Shown here piece by piece: positions 21,055 through 37,234 of a DNA stretch of 64,000 nt. The notes below the pieces were generated by a model, which was not told the DNA's origin, ran no database searches, and saw only the letters and a program-made list of their open reading frames with translations. The position numbers and the translations under genes were made by a program. Source of the DNA: an uncultured Bacteroidales bacterium (GTDB taxonomy: Bacteria > Bacteroidota > Bacteroidia > Bacteroidales > Muribaculaceae); assembly GCA_902786725.1 (NCBI GenBank), contig CADADP010000007.1, forward strand, positions 1,303-65,302. The letters run 5' to 3'. The first letter of the stretch is position 1, and the number at the start of each line of letters is the position of its first letter.

Positions 21055-22131
21055 TCACGAAATCAGTACTCGGCCTGTCTGAGCCGCTATATTCGGCCAG
21101 CTGTAGGTCGCCACGTCTATGCCATAATCAGCCGTGGCTTGCTCGTTTTCAAGGGTGCGTGTCAGCACCGCGCGCAGTTGCTCCACGTTTCCGCACTCAA
21201 AGTAGCATTCTGTGGGCAGTTCCATTAGATGCGTGGCAGGAATGTCGCTAACCACCACCTGTAGCCCATAACCCAGCGCCTCAAGCAACACCAGCGGAAA
21301 ACCCTCGTTAACCGACGGCAACACAAACAGCCGAGCGTGCGAATAAAGTTGCGCTAAATTCCGCCCCGCGGTGAAGCCGGTAAAAATCACTTTATTACGC
21401 GTGTCCAGCGCTTTCAGCCTGTCAAGGTAAGTGCTGTCGTGGTCGCTTCCGCCGGCTATCACCAGACGCGACACGGCCGCGCACTGCTGAATGGCCTCGA
21501 TAAGAAAATGGAAGCCCTTTTCGGGTGTGATGCGCCCCACGGCCAGCAGATAGTTACCCGGCTCAATACCTTTTCCGCACAGAAAATCGGTTTCAGGCAC
21601 AGCACCCGACTGTTCCATCCCATTGGGGATATATATGCTTTTGCGCATTATTCGGGCAGGATATTTCTCCATCTGAAACTTATTCACAAAAATAATCCGG
21701 TTACACCACCTGAGCGACACCCATTCGCTCAAGCGCAGAAGTGCTCGCGCTAACCGCCCCCATTTCTTATGCTCATAATTGGCACTGTGATAGGTCATCA
21801 CCACCTTGAATCCGAACAGACGCAACACCGGAGCGAACAGCCCCGGACCTATGTTGTGGATGTGTACCACATCCACGCGGTGGAATATTATATGAATCAC
21901 ACTAATCAGCGTATGAAACAACGCCTCAAATCCCTTAATGCGCGTCGATGGCAAATCCACAAACGTGATGTTGGCATACCGCGCACTGGACTCGGCTGTG
22001 AGGTATGGCTTGCGGCGATACACACGGAAGCGAGCCTCGGTTATATGAGGATAAATATTCAGGCAGTGCATCTCCACACCCCCCTGAATCCCGGGAAAGC
22101 CTCGTGTCCCTATCACCGCTATCGTTTTCAT
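21055..22131 (-). CDS. Glycosyltransferase family 4
   Basis: GTRGFPGIQGGVE, VGRITPEKG, PSVNEGFPLVLLEA; start taken at MKTIAV. Confidence 0.9.
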   Translation of the reverse strand: MKTIAVIGTRGFPGIQGGVEMHCLNIYPHITEARFRVYRRKPYLTAESSARYANITFVDLPSTRIKGFEALFHTLISVIHIIFHRVDVVHIHNIGPGLFAPVLRLFGFKVVMTYHSANYEHKKWGRLARALLRLSEWVSLRWCNRIIFVNKFQMEKYPARIMRKSIYIPNGMEQSGAVPETDFLCGKGIEPGNYLLAVGRITPEKGFHFLIEAIQQCAAVSRLVIAGGSDHDSTYLDRLKALDTRNKVIFTGFTAGRNLAQLYSHARLFVLPSVNEGFPLVLLEALGYGLQVVVSDIPATHLMELPTECYFECGNVEQLRAVLTRTLENEQATADYGIDVATYSWPNIAAQTGRVLIS

Positions 22132-22156
22132 CCGCCCCGCGAAGGAATTTAATCTC

Positions 22157-23356
22157 TTATTCAAAATAAATCTTCTCCAATTTTTCCAGATGGCTCTCGC
22201 CTGAGAAGCGCGCCTGAGCCTCTCGGGCTATATCGTCGTAGTTAAACGGATAGTTGAGCGACATCACCGACTTTATGCACCGCTCCAGTTCTATCTGGTC
22301 GCCCCACGTAAACGTCAGGCCGTTAAACGGATTTATCAGCTCGGGGATTCCGCCTATCTGCGCGCCCACCACAGGGACCCCGGCACACAGGGCCTCTATC
22401 GTGCTCAGCGGATTGTTCTCGTACCACTCCGAAGGCTGAACCAGCAGCCTGGCGCGCGACAACAACCTACTTATCTCCTCGGCCGTCAGGCGGCCCAGAA
22501 ACTCTATGTTAGACGATTGGTAGTCAGAAATCAGACGTTGCTTGAGCGGACCGCCACCGGCTATTTTCAACTTATACGGCAAGTTGCGCGCCGCTTTCAG
22601 GAGCGTGTCCAAGCCTTTCTCACTACTCAGCCGGCCTATATAGGTGTAATACTCATCTTTAGTGTTATGCGGCAGTGCCTTCAACTCGCGCAACTTCACA
22701 GGGTCGATGAAATTATTCACCACATGCAGCTTGTGGGCATTAAACCCGCCTTTTATCATCTGCTCACGCATAAAAATACTCGGGCAGATAAATGCGTGGG
22801 TGAATTTCTCCAGCCGACGCCGGTTCCACTTCATCGCCTCCAAGAACGCGAGCGAACTGGCCGCGAAGCTCTCCTTAAAGCATCGCTGACTCAGGATACG
22901 CGCCTTGTTGATAAAGCACCGCTCACACACGTTGCCCCGGTTCAGGCAACTGTAAGCGGGACAAATCAGCTTGTAATCATGCAACGTCCACACCACTCTG
23001 CAACCATTATCGTGAGCTATCTGGCCCACCACAGGCGAAATATATGAATGAATGTTGTGCAGATGCACCACTGCAGGCTTGAACTCTTTCAGCACACGCT
23101 TAAAATCCTCCACCACCCGGTAGCCGCCCAGCGTGCGACGCGCAAAGTTTATCTTATCCTTTTTCGAGGGTGTCTTGAACGAAACTTCGGGCGTGGTAAA
23201 GACGTTCGGAGCCTGGATGGTGTCGGGGTAGTCCATGGTGAACACCGCCACGTCATATCCGTTTTGAGTTAACAGGTCGTAAAGGTTAATGGCTACAACC
23301 TCAGCTCCACCACGGGTGTAATAGAACTTATTGACAAGTAAAACTCGCTTATTCAT
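22157..23356 (-). CDS. Glycosyltransferase family 4
   Basis: RGGAE, WTLHDYKLICP, GRLSSEKG, PSEWYENNPLSTIEA; start taken at MNKRVLL. Confidence 0.9.
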   Translation of the reverse strand: MNKRVLLVNKFYYTRGGAEVVAINLYDLLTQNGYDVAVFTMDYPDTIQAPNVFTTPEVSFKTPSKKDKINFARRTLGGYRVVEDFKRVLKEFKPAVVHLHNIHSYISPVVGQIAHDNGCRVVWTLHDYKLICPAYSCLNRGNVCERCFINKARILSQRCFKESFAASSLAFLEAMKWNRRRLEKFTHAFICPSIFMREQMIKGGFNAHKLHVVNNFIDPVKLRELKALPHNTKDEYYTYIGRLSSEKGLDTLLKAARNLPYKLKIAGGGPLKQRLISDYQSSNIEFLGRLTAEEISRLLSRARLLVQPSEWYENNPLSTIEALCAGVPVVGAQIGGIPELINPFNGLTFTWGDQIELERCIKSVMSLNYPFNYDDIAREAQARFSGESHLEKLEKIYFE

Positions 23357-23538
23357 AGTAACAAATGGCATCGAAGGTGGCACAATTTCTTCATTATCTG
23401 TAATCCGATGAGCCGGCAACGCCACTTAATCTCTCTCCTCTCGTCTCAATAGCGCGCACAGTTTCAACCGCGATTAATATATATTAACGTGAAAAAGCCT
23501 CTTTTATTGCACGCCAACGCACAATTCCATCAATGCCA

Positions 23539-26067
23539 CTACATAAACAGCGCCCCCACCTGGTACACCACGGCACTCACCGCCCAAGCCACTACTGTGG
23601 TATAGACCGCGGCCGCCATGCCCCACTTCCACGAGCCCGTCTCGTTCTTTATCGCCACCACTGTGGCTATGCACGGGAAGTAGAGCAATATAAACAACAG
23701 GTAACAGTAGGCCGTGAGTGGCGTAACACCGTCGGCCACCATCTTGCCGCGGAGTCGCGTATATTTCTCTCCATCGCCGCTATACTGCTCATCGTCGGCA
23801 AAACTGCTGTCATCGGTGTAGATTACGCCCAGCGTCGATGCCACAATCTCTTTGGCTCCCACACCGGCTATCAGACTCACATCCAATTTCCAGTTAAAGC
23901 CCTGCGGCACAAACACTGGCTCTATCGCCTTTCCGATGCGGCCTATGTAGCTCTGCTCCTGTTGCTGCTGGGCGCTGAGCCGCTCATCATGCGGGAAGTA
24001 ACCCAGAGCCCACACTATTATGCTGGCAACCAGAATTATTCCACCCATCTTCTTCAGGTACTCCTTGCCTTTTTCCCACGTGTGGCGAGCGATTGCCTTG
24101 CCGGTGGGCATGCGGTAAGGGGGCAACTCCATCACAAATGGAGTATCCTCGCCTTTCATCACCACCTTGCTCAGAACCCTGCTCACTATCACGGCCATCA
24201 CTATACCCACCACATAGAGCGATATCATCACAGCGCTGCGCCACTTAAGAGCGAAGAATGTGCCGGTCACCATTATGTATATCGGCAACCTGGCAGAGCA
24301 ACTCATAAACGGCAGTATCATCATCGTTATCAGCCGGCTTCGCCTGCTCTCTATAGTTCGCGTCGCCATCACCGCCGGGACATTACACCCAAAGCCCATT
24401 ATCAGCGGTATAAACGACTTGCCATGCAGTCCCATCTTGTGCATTAACTTATCCATAATAAACGCCGCACGCGCCATGTAACCGCTATCTTCCATAAACG
24501 AGATACACCAGTACAATATCAGTATCTGAGGCAAGAACACAATCACACTGCCCACGCCGCCTATCACGCCATCCACCAGCATCGCCTTCAGGGGGCCGTC
24601 GGGCATGGTACTGCTCACCCACTCGCCAAGCCACGTCACTCCAGCATCTATCCAGTCCATAGGGAACTGGCCAAGAACAAACGTCACCTCAAACATCAGC
24701 AGCAATATCAGCAAAAATATCGGGAAACCCACATACTTGCTGGCCAGTATCTTATCCACGATGTGGGTCACGCGATACGCGCTGTTTTCATCTCCCGGCT
24801 CATAACCGGCCTCCTGCAGGGCTCCGTGAACAAACCCGTACTTGGCGTTCATTATCGCCGTTTCACTATCCTCGCGGGTATCTTGCTCTATTTGGCGCAT
24901 CGCGGTCTTTACTGCAGCCTGCACGTCATCGGCATTCTGCAGGTCGGCCGCTATCCGTTTCGCTTCTTTGTCGTTCTCCAGCAGCTTTATAGCAAGGTAA
25001 CGCGTAGAATACTTGTAACGCAGAGCATCGGTCTTCTGAATCGTTGTCTTCACCAGATCTATGCCACGCTCCACGCGCTCTCCGTGATTCACGTGGATGT
25101 GGCGGTAATAGTTCTTCAGCGGCTTTTCTCCGGTGGCAAAGTCTTCAGGGTGTTCGCCGAGCACATCACTCGCATAGTCGCGATGCCACTCCTGTATCTC
25201 GCGAGCCACTTCCGCGCTAATCTTGCCGTTCTCGTCGATGAAGTCCACGCCCTCATACATGTTGATAATCACATGAAACAGCAATTCCACCCCTCGTCCG
25301 GTCTTGAACGACGTCTGTATCATAGGCACGCCAAACAGCTCGCTAAGCACGTCCACGTCTATCTTGTCGCCACGGCGCTCCACCTCGTCCCACATATTGA
25401 GCGCGCACACCATGCGCATGTTCATGTCTATCAACTGAGTGGTCAAGTACAGATTGCGCTCCAGGTTCGCCGCGTCTATCACGTTGATTACCACATCAGG
25501 CGTGTTCTCTATTATCTGTTTGCGCACGTACATCTCCTCCGGGCTATAGGCCGACAGGGAATATGTCCCGGGCAAGTCCACAAGGTTAAACTTATAGCCC
25601 TCAAACTCAGCCGTTGCCACCGTGGCATCCACGGTCACGCCACTATAATTCCCCACACGGGCATGAGCACCACTGGCAAAATTGAACAGCGACGTCTTCC
25701 CGCTATTGGGGTTGCCAACGAGCGCCACATTTATCTCTCGACGGCGCTTCATCGCAGCCGTGTGCATGGCATCGGTGCTCACTTCCACACGCTCCATCGA
25801 GCCATGCAGTGTCTCATCATCATGTATCTCAGCGGCTGTCTCATCGGCACTCACCACCTCTATCATTCGCGCCTCATCATGCCGCAACGACACCTCGTAG
25901 CCCAGTAGCCGATATTTAACAGGGTCTTTCAGCGGTGCGTTGAGTAGCACCTCCACTTCCGTACCCTTTATAAAGCCCATTTCCACTATTCGCTTACGGA
26001 AACTGCCGTGACCGGTAACCTTCACAATCACGCCCTTCTCTCCTGTTTTAAGCTCAGATAACCTCAT
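23539..26067 (-). CDS. feoB: Ferrous iron transporter, FeoA-FeoB fusion
   Basis: N-terminal FeoA domain, GNPNSGKT, DLPGTYS, GFGCNVP, PFMSCSAR, LYFPC. Confidence 0.96.
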   Translation of the reverse strand: MRLSELKTGEKGVIVKVTGHGSFRKRIVEMGFIKGTEVEVLLNAPLKDPVKYRLLGYEVSLRHDEARMIEVVSADETAAEIHDDETLHGSMERVEVSTDAMHTAAMKRRREINVALVGNPNSGKTSLFNFASGAHARVGNYSGVTVDATVATAEFEGYKFNLVDLPGTYSLSAYSPEEMYVRKQIIENTPDVVINVIDAANLERNLYLTTQLIDMNMRMVCALNMWDEVERRGDKIDVDVLSELFGVPMIQTSFKTGRGVELLFHVIINMYEGVDFIDENGKISAEVAREIQEWHRDYASDVLGEHPEDFATGEKPLKNYYRHIHVNHGERVERGIDLVKTTIQKTDALRYKYSTRYLAIKLLENDKEAKRIAADLQNADDVQAAVKTAMRQIEQDTREDSETAIMNAKYGFVHGALQEAGYEPGDENSAYRVTHIVDKILASKYVGFPIFLLILLLMFEVTFVLGQFPMDWIDAGVTWLGEWVSSTMPDGPLKAMLVDGVIGGVGSVIVFLPQILILYWCISFMEDSGYMARAAFIMDKLMHKMGLHGKSFIPLIMGFGCNVPAVMATRTIESRRSRLITMMILPFMSCSARLPIYIMVTGTFFALKWRSAVMISLYVVGIVMAVIVSRVLSKVVMKGEDTPFVMELPPYRMPTGKAIARHTWEKGKEYLKKMGGIILVASIIVWALGYFPHDERLSAQQQQEQSYIGRIGKAIEPVFVPQGFNWKLDVSLIAGVGAKEIVASTLGVIYTDDSSFADDEQYSGDGEKYTRLRGKMVADGVTPLTAYCYLLFILLYFPCIATVVAIKNETGSWKWGMAAAVYTTVVAWAVSAVVYQVGALFM

Positions 26068-26344
26068 CGCAAGACCGCTTTTTTTGCTTTTATTCGTTTC
26101 TTTTCAGGCGCCTATTATCGCGCCACTTTATTTTAACTTGCAAAATTAGGATTTTTCCGCTCTTCAAACAATACCCCATTTCACTTATTTATCGCTCACC
26201 ACCTCCCCACAATCCATTACTTTCACCACCGACTAATCAACTTTTCTGTTTCACAAATATTCTCTTTAAGATTTTTTCATATATTTTTTAAAAAAAATCA
26301 CAAAAATATTTTGAATTTACATTTAAATCTATTATTTTTGCCTT

Positions 26345-26640
26345 GAATTTGATACTTCAAGTTTTTTAGGGACATAACCAAGACTAAACGCAACACATGT
26401 AGGGAGCCTATATTAAATCTTTTTCTATTGTAACTACACCCCCTCATGAACAAATAGCCTTGCACGCCTCAATAAGTGAGTCGTTGTGCCTATAACTTGG
26501 GTTCAAACAGAAAGAACTTGAGATCATTGAGAGTAAAAAGGATTAAACATAATCACATTAGTATCAAAATAGTTGTTTTATAGATAATTGTGTATTTAGC
26601 AGGATAAGCTCGTTGGGAAACGGGCTTATTTTGTTTTTTC
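26345..26640 (+). ncRNA. Candidate structured non-coding RNA (~295 nt)
   Basis: TTTG(26310)-N19-TATTTTTG(26333) promoter, nested long-range stems, no ORF, terminator ATAAGCTCG-TTGGGAAA-CGGGCTTAT plus T run at 26604-26640. Confidence 0.6.
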
Positions 26641-26724
26641 ACTTTTCCTCATCCACCCACACACAGCAAAAGCGGCCACCGAGCATCCACACGACAACCG
26701 CCTACGCTTATGTTTTTATCGCGC

Positions 26725-28269
26725 CTATGACCGAGCCTTGCCTACTCGCTCGCGGCGCAGCCACAGCACAAACCAGCACACCGAGGCCAATGCCACCACA
26801 GCGCTCACCACCGGTATCAAGCCCTGGCTAAGCCCCAGCAACAGCGGCGACACCACGGCAAACACGCTACACACCACCGTCATGAACACCGCCGGCACTA
26901 ACGTTATCATGTAATTACGCCTCTGACGCGCCAGATACACGGTCATCGCCCACAACGTAAACACCGTTATCGACTGGTTCGACCACCCGAAGTATTGCCA
27001 CAACGAATTGAACCCGTCGGGGTTGTTAACTTGCCACATCAGCAGCATAAACGCCAACGCAAACGTGGGAATTGCCAAGTATAACCTGTTTTTCACCTCA
27101 CGCTGAGGGAGATGCAAAAATTCGGCTAATATCACTCGCGCGCTTCTGAATGCCGTGTCACCACTCGTGATGGGTGCCGCCACCACTCCCAGTATAGCCA
27201 GTATGCCACCGGCAAGCCCAAGCCAACCGCTACACACCAGTTTCACCACGTCGGGCGCGCTGAAATATTGGATTAACGTCTTACCCTCGTCCGAACCATA
27301 CTGCGACAGGAACGCTGTCACAGTCTCCTCAGGCACCACCTCGCGCCAGCCGCCATAGAAGAAGAAATAAGACGACACCGCGGCCCACACAAGCGCCACA
27401 AGGCCCTCGGTAATCATCGCCCCATAGAAGATGGGACGCGCCATGTGCTCGTTCTGCAAGCAACGAGCCATCAGCGGACCCTGCGTAGCGTGGAATCCGC
27501 TTATCGCCCCGCACGCTATGGTTATGAACAAGCACGGAAACAGCGGATTCTTCTCCAAGAAAGCCCCTACGCCAAGCATAGCTTGGCCCTCGGCCCCTTT
27601 CTGAGTGAGCCAACTCTCCATGCCGCCAATATCCCACACCTCGGGCAGGCCCGGCATCTTCACCACAAGCATCACCATCAGCGCTCCGGCCATAAATAGT
27701 AGCGACGCGGCAAACAGCGGATACAACTTACCAATCAACTTGTCTATCGGCAACAGGGTTGCCAGCACATAGTAGGCGAATATCGCCAGTATCCACGTCA
27801 CGCGGTCACCCACCATATTACTCAAGATTATCGCCGGCGAATACACAAACACCACGCCCACAACCAGCAGCAGCAACACCGTGAACACCAGCATCAGCCG
27901 CTGAACGGGCCGCCCCAGATACTCACCCACTATCACTGGCAACGTGGCGCCATCGTGACGAACCGAAAGTATGCCACAGAAGAAATCATGCACAGCGCCG
28001 GCAAAAATGCAGCCAAGCACTATCCACAAGTAGGCAGCCGGGCCAAACCACATTCCCATTATCGCTCCGAATATCGGGCCGGTTCCGGCTATGTTCAGAA
28101 ATTGAATCATAAACACGCGCCACGCGGGCATAGCCACGTAGTCCACACCATCAGCCAGGCGCGTTGCCGGAGTAGGCGCGTCGGTTGGGCGCGCTATCCG
28201 CTCCACCACCTTGCCATAAATCAGATAGCCCAGGAGCAACGCCACAAAACTCAATGCAAATGATATCAT
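26725..28269 (-). CDS. cstA: Carbon starvation protein A family transporter
   Basis: QFLNIAGTGPIFG, FITIACGAISGFHATQ, ITSGDTAFRSAR. Confidence 0.92.
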   Translation of the reverse strand: MISFALSFVALLLGYLIYGKVVERIARPTDAPTPATRLADGVDYVAMPAWRVFMIQFLNIAGTGPIFGAIMGMWFGPAAYLWIVLGCIFAGAVHDFFCGILSVRHDGATLPVIVGEYLGRPVQRLMLVFTVLLLLVVGVVFVYSPAIILSNMVGDRVTWILAIFAYYVLATLLPIDKLIGKLYPLFAASLLFMAGALMVMLVVKMPGLPEVWDIGGMESWLTQKGAEGQAMLGVGAFLEKNPLFPCLFITIACGAISGFHATQGPLMARCLQNEHMARPIFYGAMITEGLVALVWAAVSSYFFFYGGWREVVPEETVTAFLSQYGSDEGKTLIQYFSAPDVVKLVCSGWLGLAGGILAILGVVAAPITSGDTAFRSARVILAEFLHLPQREVKNRLYLAIPTFALAFMLLMWQVNNPDGFNSLWQYFGWSNQSITVFTLWAMTVYLARQRRNYMITLVPAVFMTVVCSVFAVVSPLLLGLSQGLIPVVSAVVALASVCWFVLWLRRERVGKARS

Positions 28270-28346
28270 AATAGTTTTTTAAAAAATTCACCAAATCAAA
28301 GGGCCATAAAGGCCCTTCTTTATTCTCTTTTTCTCATTCACCGAGG

Positions 28347-30242
28347 TTAAAAAGTCAGTATCAACGTGCCACGTGGCTCCAACTCGATATCCCTCGTAAG
28401 GTCATAGGTCCTTCCTGTGGGTACATCCACTGCCCGCGCACACGCCCCTATCACCTCCGCGTAGCGCTTCACCGCCAGCGACGCTGCACGGTCGTTTCCG
28501 TTAACCACGGTCAGCACCGTCTTGCCGCCATAACTGCGTGCCAGCACATACACTCCGCCATACGGAATAAATTGCACTTGGCTGCCCCGCGTTATCACTT
28601 CGTTGTCACTGCGCCAGTGAAGTACAGTCCTTAGCCAGTTAAACATCTCGTTCTCGGCATCGGTTCGTCCGGTCTCGGTAAACGTGCTCCGCTCATCATC
28701 CGGGAAGCCGCCTATCATATCTTTGCGGACAAATCCGTCCGAGCGCTGTTTCACGCCATTCATCAGCACTTCGGTACCGTAATAGAGTTGAGGTATTCGG
28801 TTCATTGTCAGCAGCAGCGCTAACGCCTGTTTCAGTCGCGTGGCGTCTTTGGTGTTTTTCAAGAAGCGGTCGGTGTCATGGTTCTCAATGAACGCCATCA
28901 CGCTACTTGGATTTGGATAAAGGTAATCGAACACCAGAGTGTTATACACACGGTTGAAGCCTCGCCACTGACCAGTGGTCTCTTCTCGGCTCGCCGAGTC
29001 CACTGCGGCATAGAACGCGAAGTCCATCACGGTCTTCAGGTTACTGTTCTCGCGGGCCAGTTTGCTGTCTTTCTGCCATGTGGCGGTGTATGCCGGTTGC
29101 TCAAACCAGGTCTCGCCCACCACGTTAAAATTGGGGTATTCTTCGTTGATGCGAGCCATCCAGCGTGCCATCGGCTTGGCAAACGCGTATGGGTATGTAT
29201 CCATTCTGATGCCATCGATGCCCACCGTTTCTATCCACCAGATGCTGTTCTGCGTCAGGTAGTTCATTACATGAACGTTGTTCTGATTCAGGTCGGGCAT
29301 AGTCGAGACAAACCATCCTTCCACAGTCTCTTTCTTATCCACTTCGCTGGCATAGGGATCCAGTATCGGTGCTAACCGGTAACTGGTCTGTGTGAAACTG
29401 GTGCCACGCGAATCGCTCGTACCATTCGACTCCTCAAGCCACTCAGGCAGGTTCAGCCAGTCCTTGCAGGGTCGGTCTTTCACCCACGGGTGCTCAAAAC
29501 CGCAGTGATTGAATATCATATCCATCACCACCTTCAGCCCACGCGCATGAGCCTCGTCTATCAATCGGCGATACTCGGCATTGGTACCGAATCGGCGGTC
29601 CACGCGGTAGTAGTCGGTGGTGGCATAGCCGTGGTAGGTGCTGAACTCAAACTGGTCGGGCGAATTGTTTTCCAGCACGGGCGTGAACCACAATGCCGTC
29701 ACACCCAACTCGTTAAAGTAGGCAAGATGCTTGCGGATGCCTTCCAGGTCGCCTCCATGTCGCAGGCTTGGCTTGCTCCTGTCGCACGTGTAGGCGTTCA
29801 TGCCGCCCACCTGGTCGTTTTCCACACTGCCGTTGGCAAAGCGGTCGGGCATGAGCATATACAGCACATCGGCATTGGTGAACCCATAGCGTTGAGTCCC
29901 GTCTTTCTCGCGTTCCTTGAGCGAGTAGTCCACCGTGGTCTTTTTCTTCCCCTGTGTGAACGTGAGCCGCATAGTCCCGGGCTTGGCCCCGCGCAGATTC
30001 AGATAGACCAACAGATAGTTGGGGCTATCCATGCGCACAAGGCTGTCGATAGTCACTCCCGCATAATCTGTCGTGACATCGGCGCCGCGGATACCGTCGC
30101 CATACACCATCAGTTGCACACTCGCGTCTTTCAGCCCCACAAACCAGTCGGGCGGCTCTATCTTGCTCACTACCGGCCCGGAGGCGCCATTCATAGTCAC
30201 CACACCGGCCAGTAGCGCAAGCATCAATATAATCTTCCTCAT
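28347..30242 (-). CDS. GH13 neopullulanase/cyclomaltodextrinase (SusA-like)
   Basis: Signal peptide, LMPDRFANG, YHGY, MIFNH, GIRMDT, VVGE, ENHD. Confidence 0.9.
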   Translation of the reverse strand: MRKIILMLALLAGVVTMNGASGPVVSKIEPPDWFVGLKDASVQLMVYGDGIRGADVTTDYAGVTIDSLVRMDSPNYLLVYLNLRGAKPGTMRLTFTQGKKKTTVDYSLKEREKDGTQRYGFTNADVLYMLMPDRFANGSVENDQVGGMNAYTCDRSKPSLRHGGDLEGIRKHLAYFNELGVTALWFTPVLENNSPDQFEFSTYHGYATTDYYRVDRRFGTNAEYRRLIDEAHARGLKVVMDMIFNHCGFEHPWVKDRPCKDWLNLPEWLEESNGTSDSRGTSFTQTSYRLAPILDPYASEVDKKETVEGWFVSTMPDLNQNNVHVMNYLTQNSIWWIETVGIDGIRMDTYPYAFAKPMARWMARINEEYPNFNVVGETWFEQPAYTATWQKDSKLARENSNLKTVMDFAFYAAVDSASREETTGQWRGFNRVYNTLVFDYLYPNPSSVMAFIENHDTDRFLKNTKDATRLKQALALLLTMNRIPQLYYGTEVLMNGVKQRSDGFVRKDMIGGFPDDERSTFTETGRTDAENEMFNWLRTVLHWRSDNEVITRGSQVQFIPYGGVYVLARSYGGKTVLTVVNGNDRAASLAVKRYAEVIGACARAVDVPTGRTYDLTRDIELEPRGTLILTF

Positions 30243-30289
30243 ATCTCTTATCTAATCTTTTTTTTCATCTGCCATTTGGGTCTAATGGG

Positions 30290-32191
30290 CTAATCATGCA
30301 TTATCAGCGCCGACTGGCCGGGCACCTCCACCCACGAGCCTTGCACGGTGTCGAGCCCACGCTCGTCTATCTTCTGGTTGCGGCACACCACCGTATATTT
30401 CCTTGGTTCCACCGCCACCTTGCGCGGCTCTTTGTTCGCGTTGAGCACCACCACTATGTCGTGCCAACTGTCACCCACATTAGTCCCTTTTATCACAAAG
30501 GCCACAAGGCAGTCTTCTGTGGGCAGGAAATGCACGTTCTCGCGCACCAGTTCGGCCTTGCCCATCCTGAATGCCTGGTGATTCTTTCGCATCGCTATCA
30601 GTTTGCTGTAGTACTCCATCACTTGCGGTTTGGTCTCCAAGTTGCGCCAGTCAAGATGATTAATGCTGTCGGGCGACTCAAAGCTGTTGTGAACACCTTT
30701 CTTGTCACGCAACATTTCCTCGCCGCTCAGCATAAACGGCACGCCCTGCGATGTGAACACCGCCGTCTGGGCAAGCAGGTCGAGCCTTATCAGTTCATCC
30801 TCGCTGATTCCGGGAACACTTGTCTTGAGCCTATCCACCAGGCACATATCGTCGTGGCAGCTCACATAGCTTATCATCTGCGTGGGTTCCAGCGCCCACG
30901 GCTCCTTGCTGTAGTTCACACGGCTATAATCCACATCGGGGTGACTGATGCATCCCACTATACCGGCCTTCACGCTCTCTTCCTCACCGGCAAGACCGGC
31001 AAGAAACGCGCCTTTATGGTCGTCGCTGAACGGACCGCGCAACGCGTCGCGCAAGTCATCGCTAAATGCCGCCACTCCGGGCATCTGCTTCATGTGGGCC
31101 TTCATAGCCAGCTTGTCGTATGCTATGGCACAACTTCCGGCACTCCAGCCTTCTCCGTATATCACCACATCTTGCGGCAGGGCCTTGCGTATCTTGTTCA
31201 TCGTGGCTATGTCGTGCACTCCCATCAGATCCACGCGAAATCCGTCGATGTGATACTCATCCACCCAGTAGAGCATACTCTCCAGCATATAGCGACCAAA
31301 CTTTGACGTCTCGCTCGCCGTCTCGTTTCCGCAGCCGGAACCATTGCTGTAGCTACCGTCGGCATTGTACCGATAGGCGCTATCCCAGCCACCCAGCGTG
31401 AAATTGCTGCGCTCGGTGTTAAACGTGTGGTTATACACCACATCCAGTATCACCTTGATTCCGGCCTTGTGAAGCGCCTGAACCATCAGCTTGAACTCCT
31501 TTATTCTCACGCTCGGATCATAAGGATTGGTGGAGTAGCCGCCCTCGGGCACATTATAGTTCTGAGGGTCGTAACCCCAGTTATACTGGGGCACGTTGAG
31601 ACGTGTCTCGTCAACCGACGCGTAGTCGAACGACGGCAACACGTGCACAGCGTTCACGCCCAGGTCGGTCAGGTGCTTTATGGCCTTGGGCTCGGTGAGC
31701 GCCATAAATTTGCCTTTATTCTCCAGACCCGAAGATGCGTCGATTGAGAAATCTCTGTGATGCAACTCATAGAGCACCAGGTCCTTCATCGCTATCGCCG
31801 GACGGCGGTCCTGAGCCCATCCCGCAGGATTGGTCTCCGACAATTCCACCACGGCTCCGCGACGTCCGTTCACGCCCACGGCCTTGGCAAAATAGCCGGG
31901 GAACTCGCCACGTCCGGCGTCGAAGGTGTAGAAGCACCCTTTCAGGTCGCCGGCCACCACAGCCTTATACGCTCCGCTGCCCTGCCGCTTCATCTTCACA
32001 GTCTTAAACGCCTTGGCGCTATCACCCGCTCTATACAGCCGCAATGTCACGGCTTTTGCAGCCTTGTCACCGCCACTGAAGTTAAACTCCGTTTGCGACG
32101 GGCTGTAGCTAACTTCGTTAAACATAGCCTGCTGAGCACCCACGCTCAGTGCCAACGTGGCCATCACTGCCATAATTATTCGTTTTGTCAT
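30290..32191 (-). CDS. pulA: Type I pullulanase (GH13)
   Basis: YNWGYDP, DVVYNH, GFRVDLM, YGEGW, YVSCHD; signal peptide. Confidence 0.93.
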   Translation of the reverse strand: MTKRIIMAVMATLALSVGAQQAMFNEVSYSPSQTEFNFSGGDKAAKAVTLRLYRAGDSAKAFKTVKMKRQGSGAYKAVVAGDLKGCFYTFDAGRGEFPGYFAKAVGVNGRRGAVVELSETNPAGWAQDRRPAIAMKDLVLYELHHRDFSIDASSGLENKGKFMALTEPKAIKHLTDLGVNAVHVLPSFDYASVDETRLNVPQYNWGYDPQNYNVPEGGYSTNPYDPSVRIKEFKLMVQALHKAGIKVILDVVYNHTFNTERSNFTLGGWDSAYRYNADGSYSNGSGCGNETASETSKFGRYMLESMLYWVDEYHIDGFRVDLMGVHDIATMNKIRKALPQDVVIYGEGWSAGSCAIAYDKLAMKAHMKQMPGVAAFSDDLRDALRGPFSDDHKGAFLAGLAGEEESVKAGIVGCISHPDVDYSRVNYSKEPWALEPTQMISYVSCHDDMCLVDRLKTSVPGISEDELIRLDLLAQTAVFTSQGVPFMLSGEEMLRDKKGVHNSFESPDSINHLDWRNLETKPQVMEYYSKLIAMRKNHQAFRMGKAELVRENVHFLPTEDCLVAFVIKGTNVGDSWHDIVVVLNANKEPRKVAVEPRKYTVVCRNQKIDERGLDTVQGSWVEVPGQSALIMHD

Positions 32192-32229
32192 TAGTTCCTT
32201 TATTGTTTCGGTTCGTTATCTTGTTCTTC

Positions 32230-37184
<4,955 letters not shown>

Positions 37185-37234
37185 ATCTTATAGTCTTGAT
37201 TTTGATTTCTTTCTGACTTATATAGTTTTAGCTC

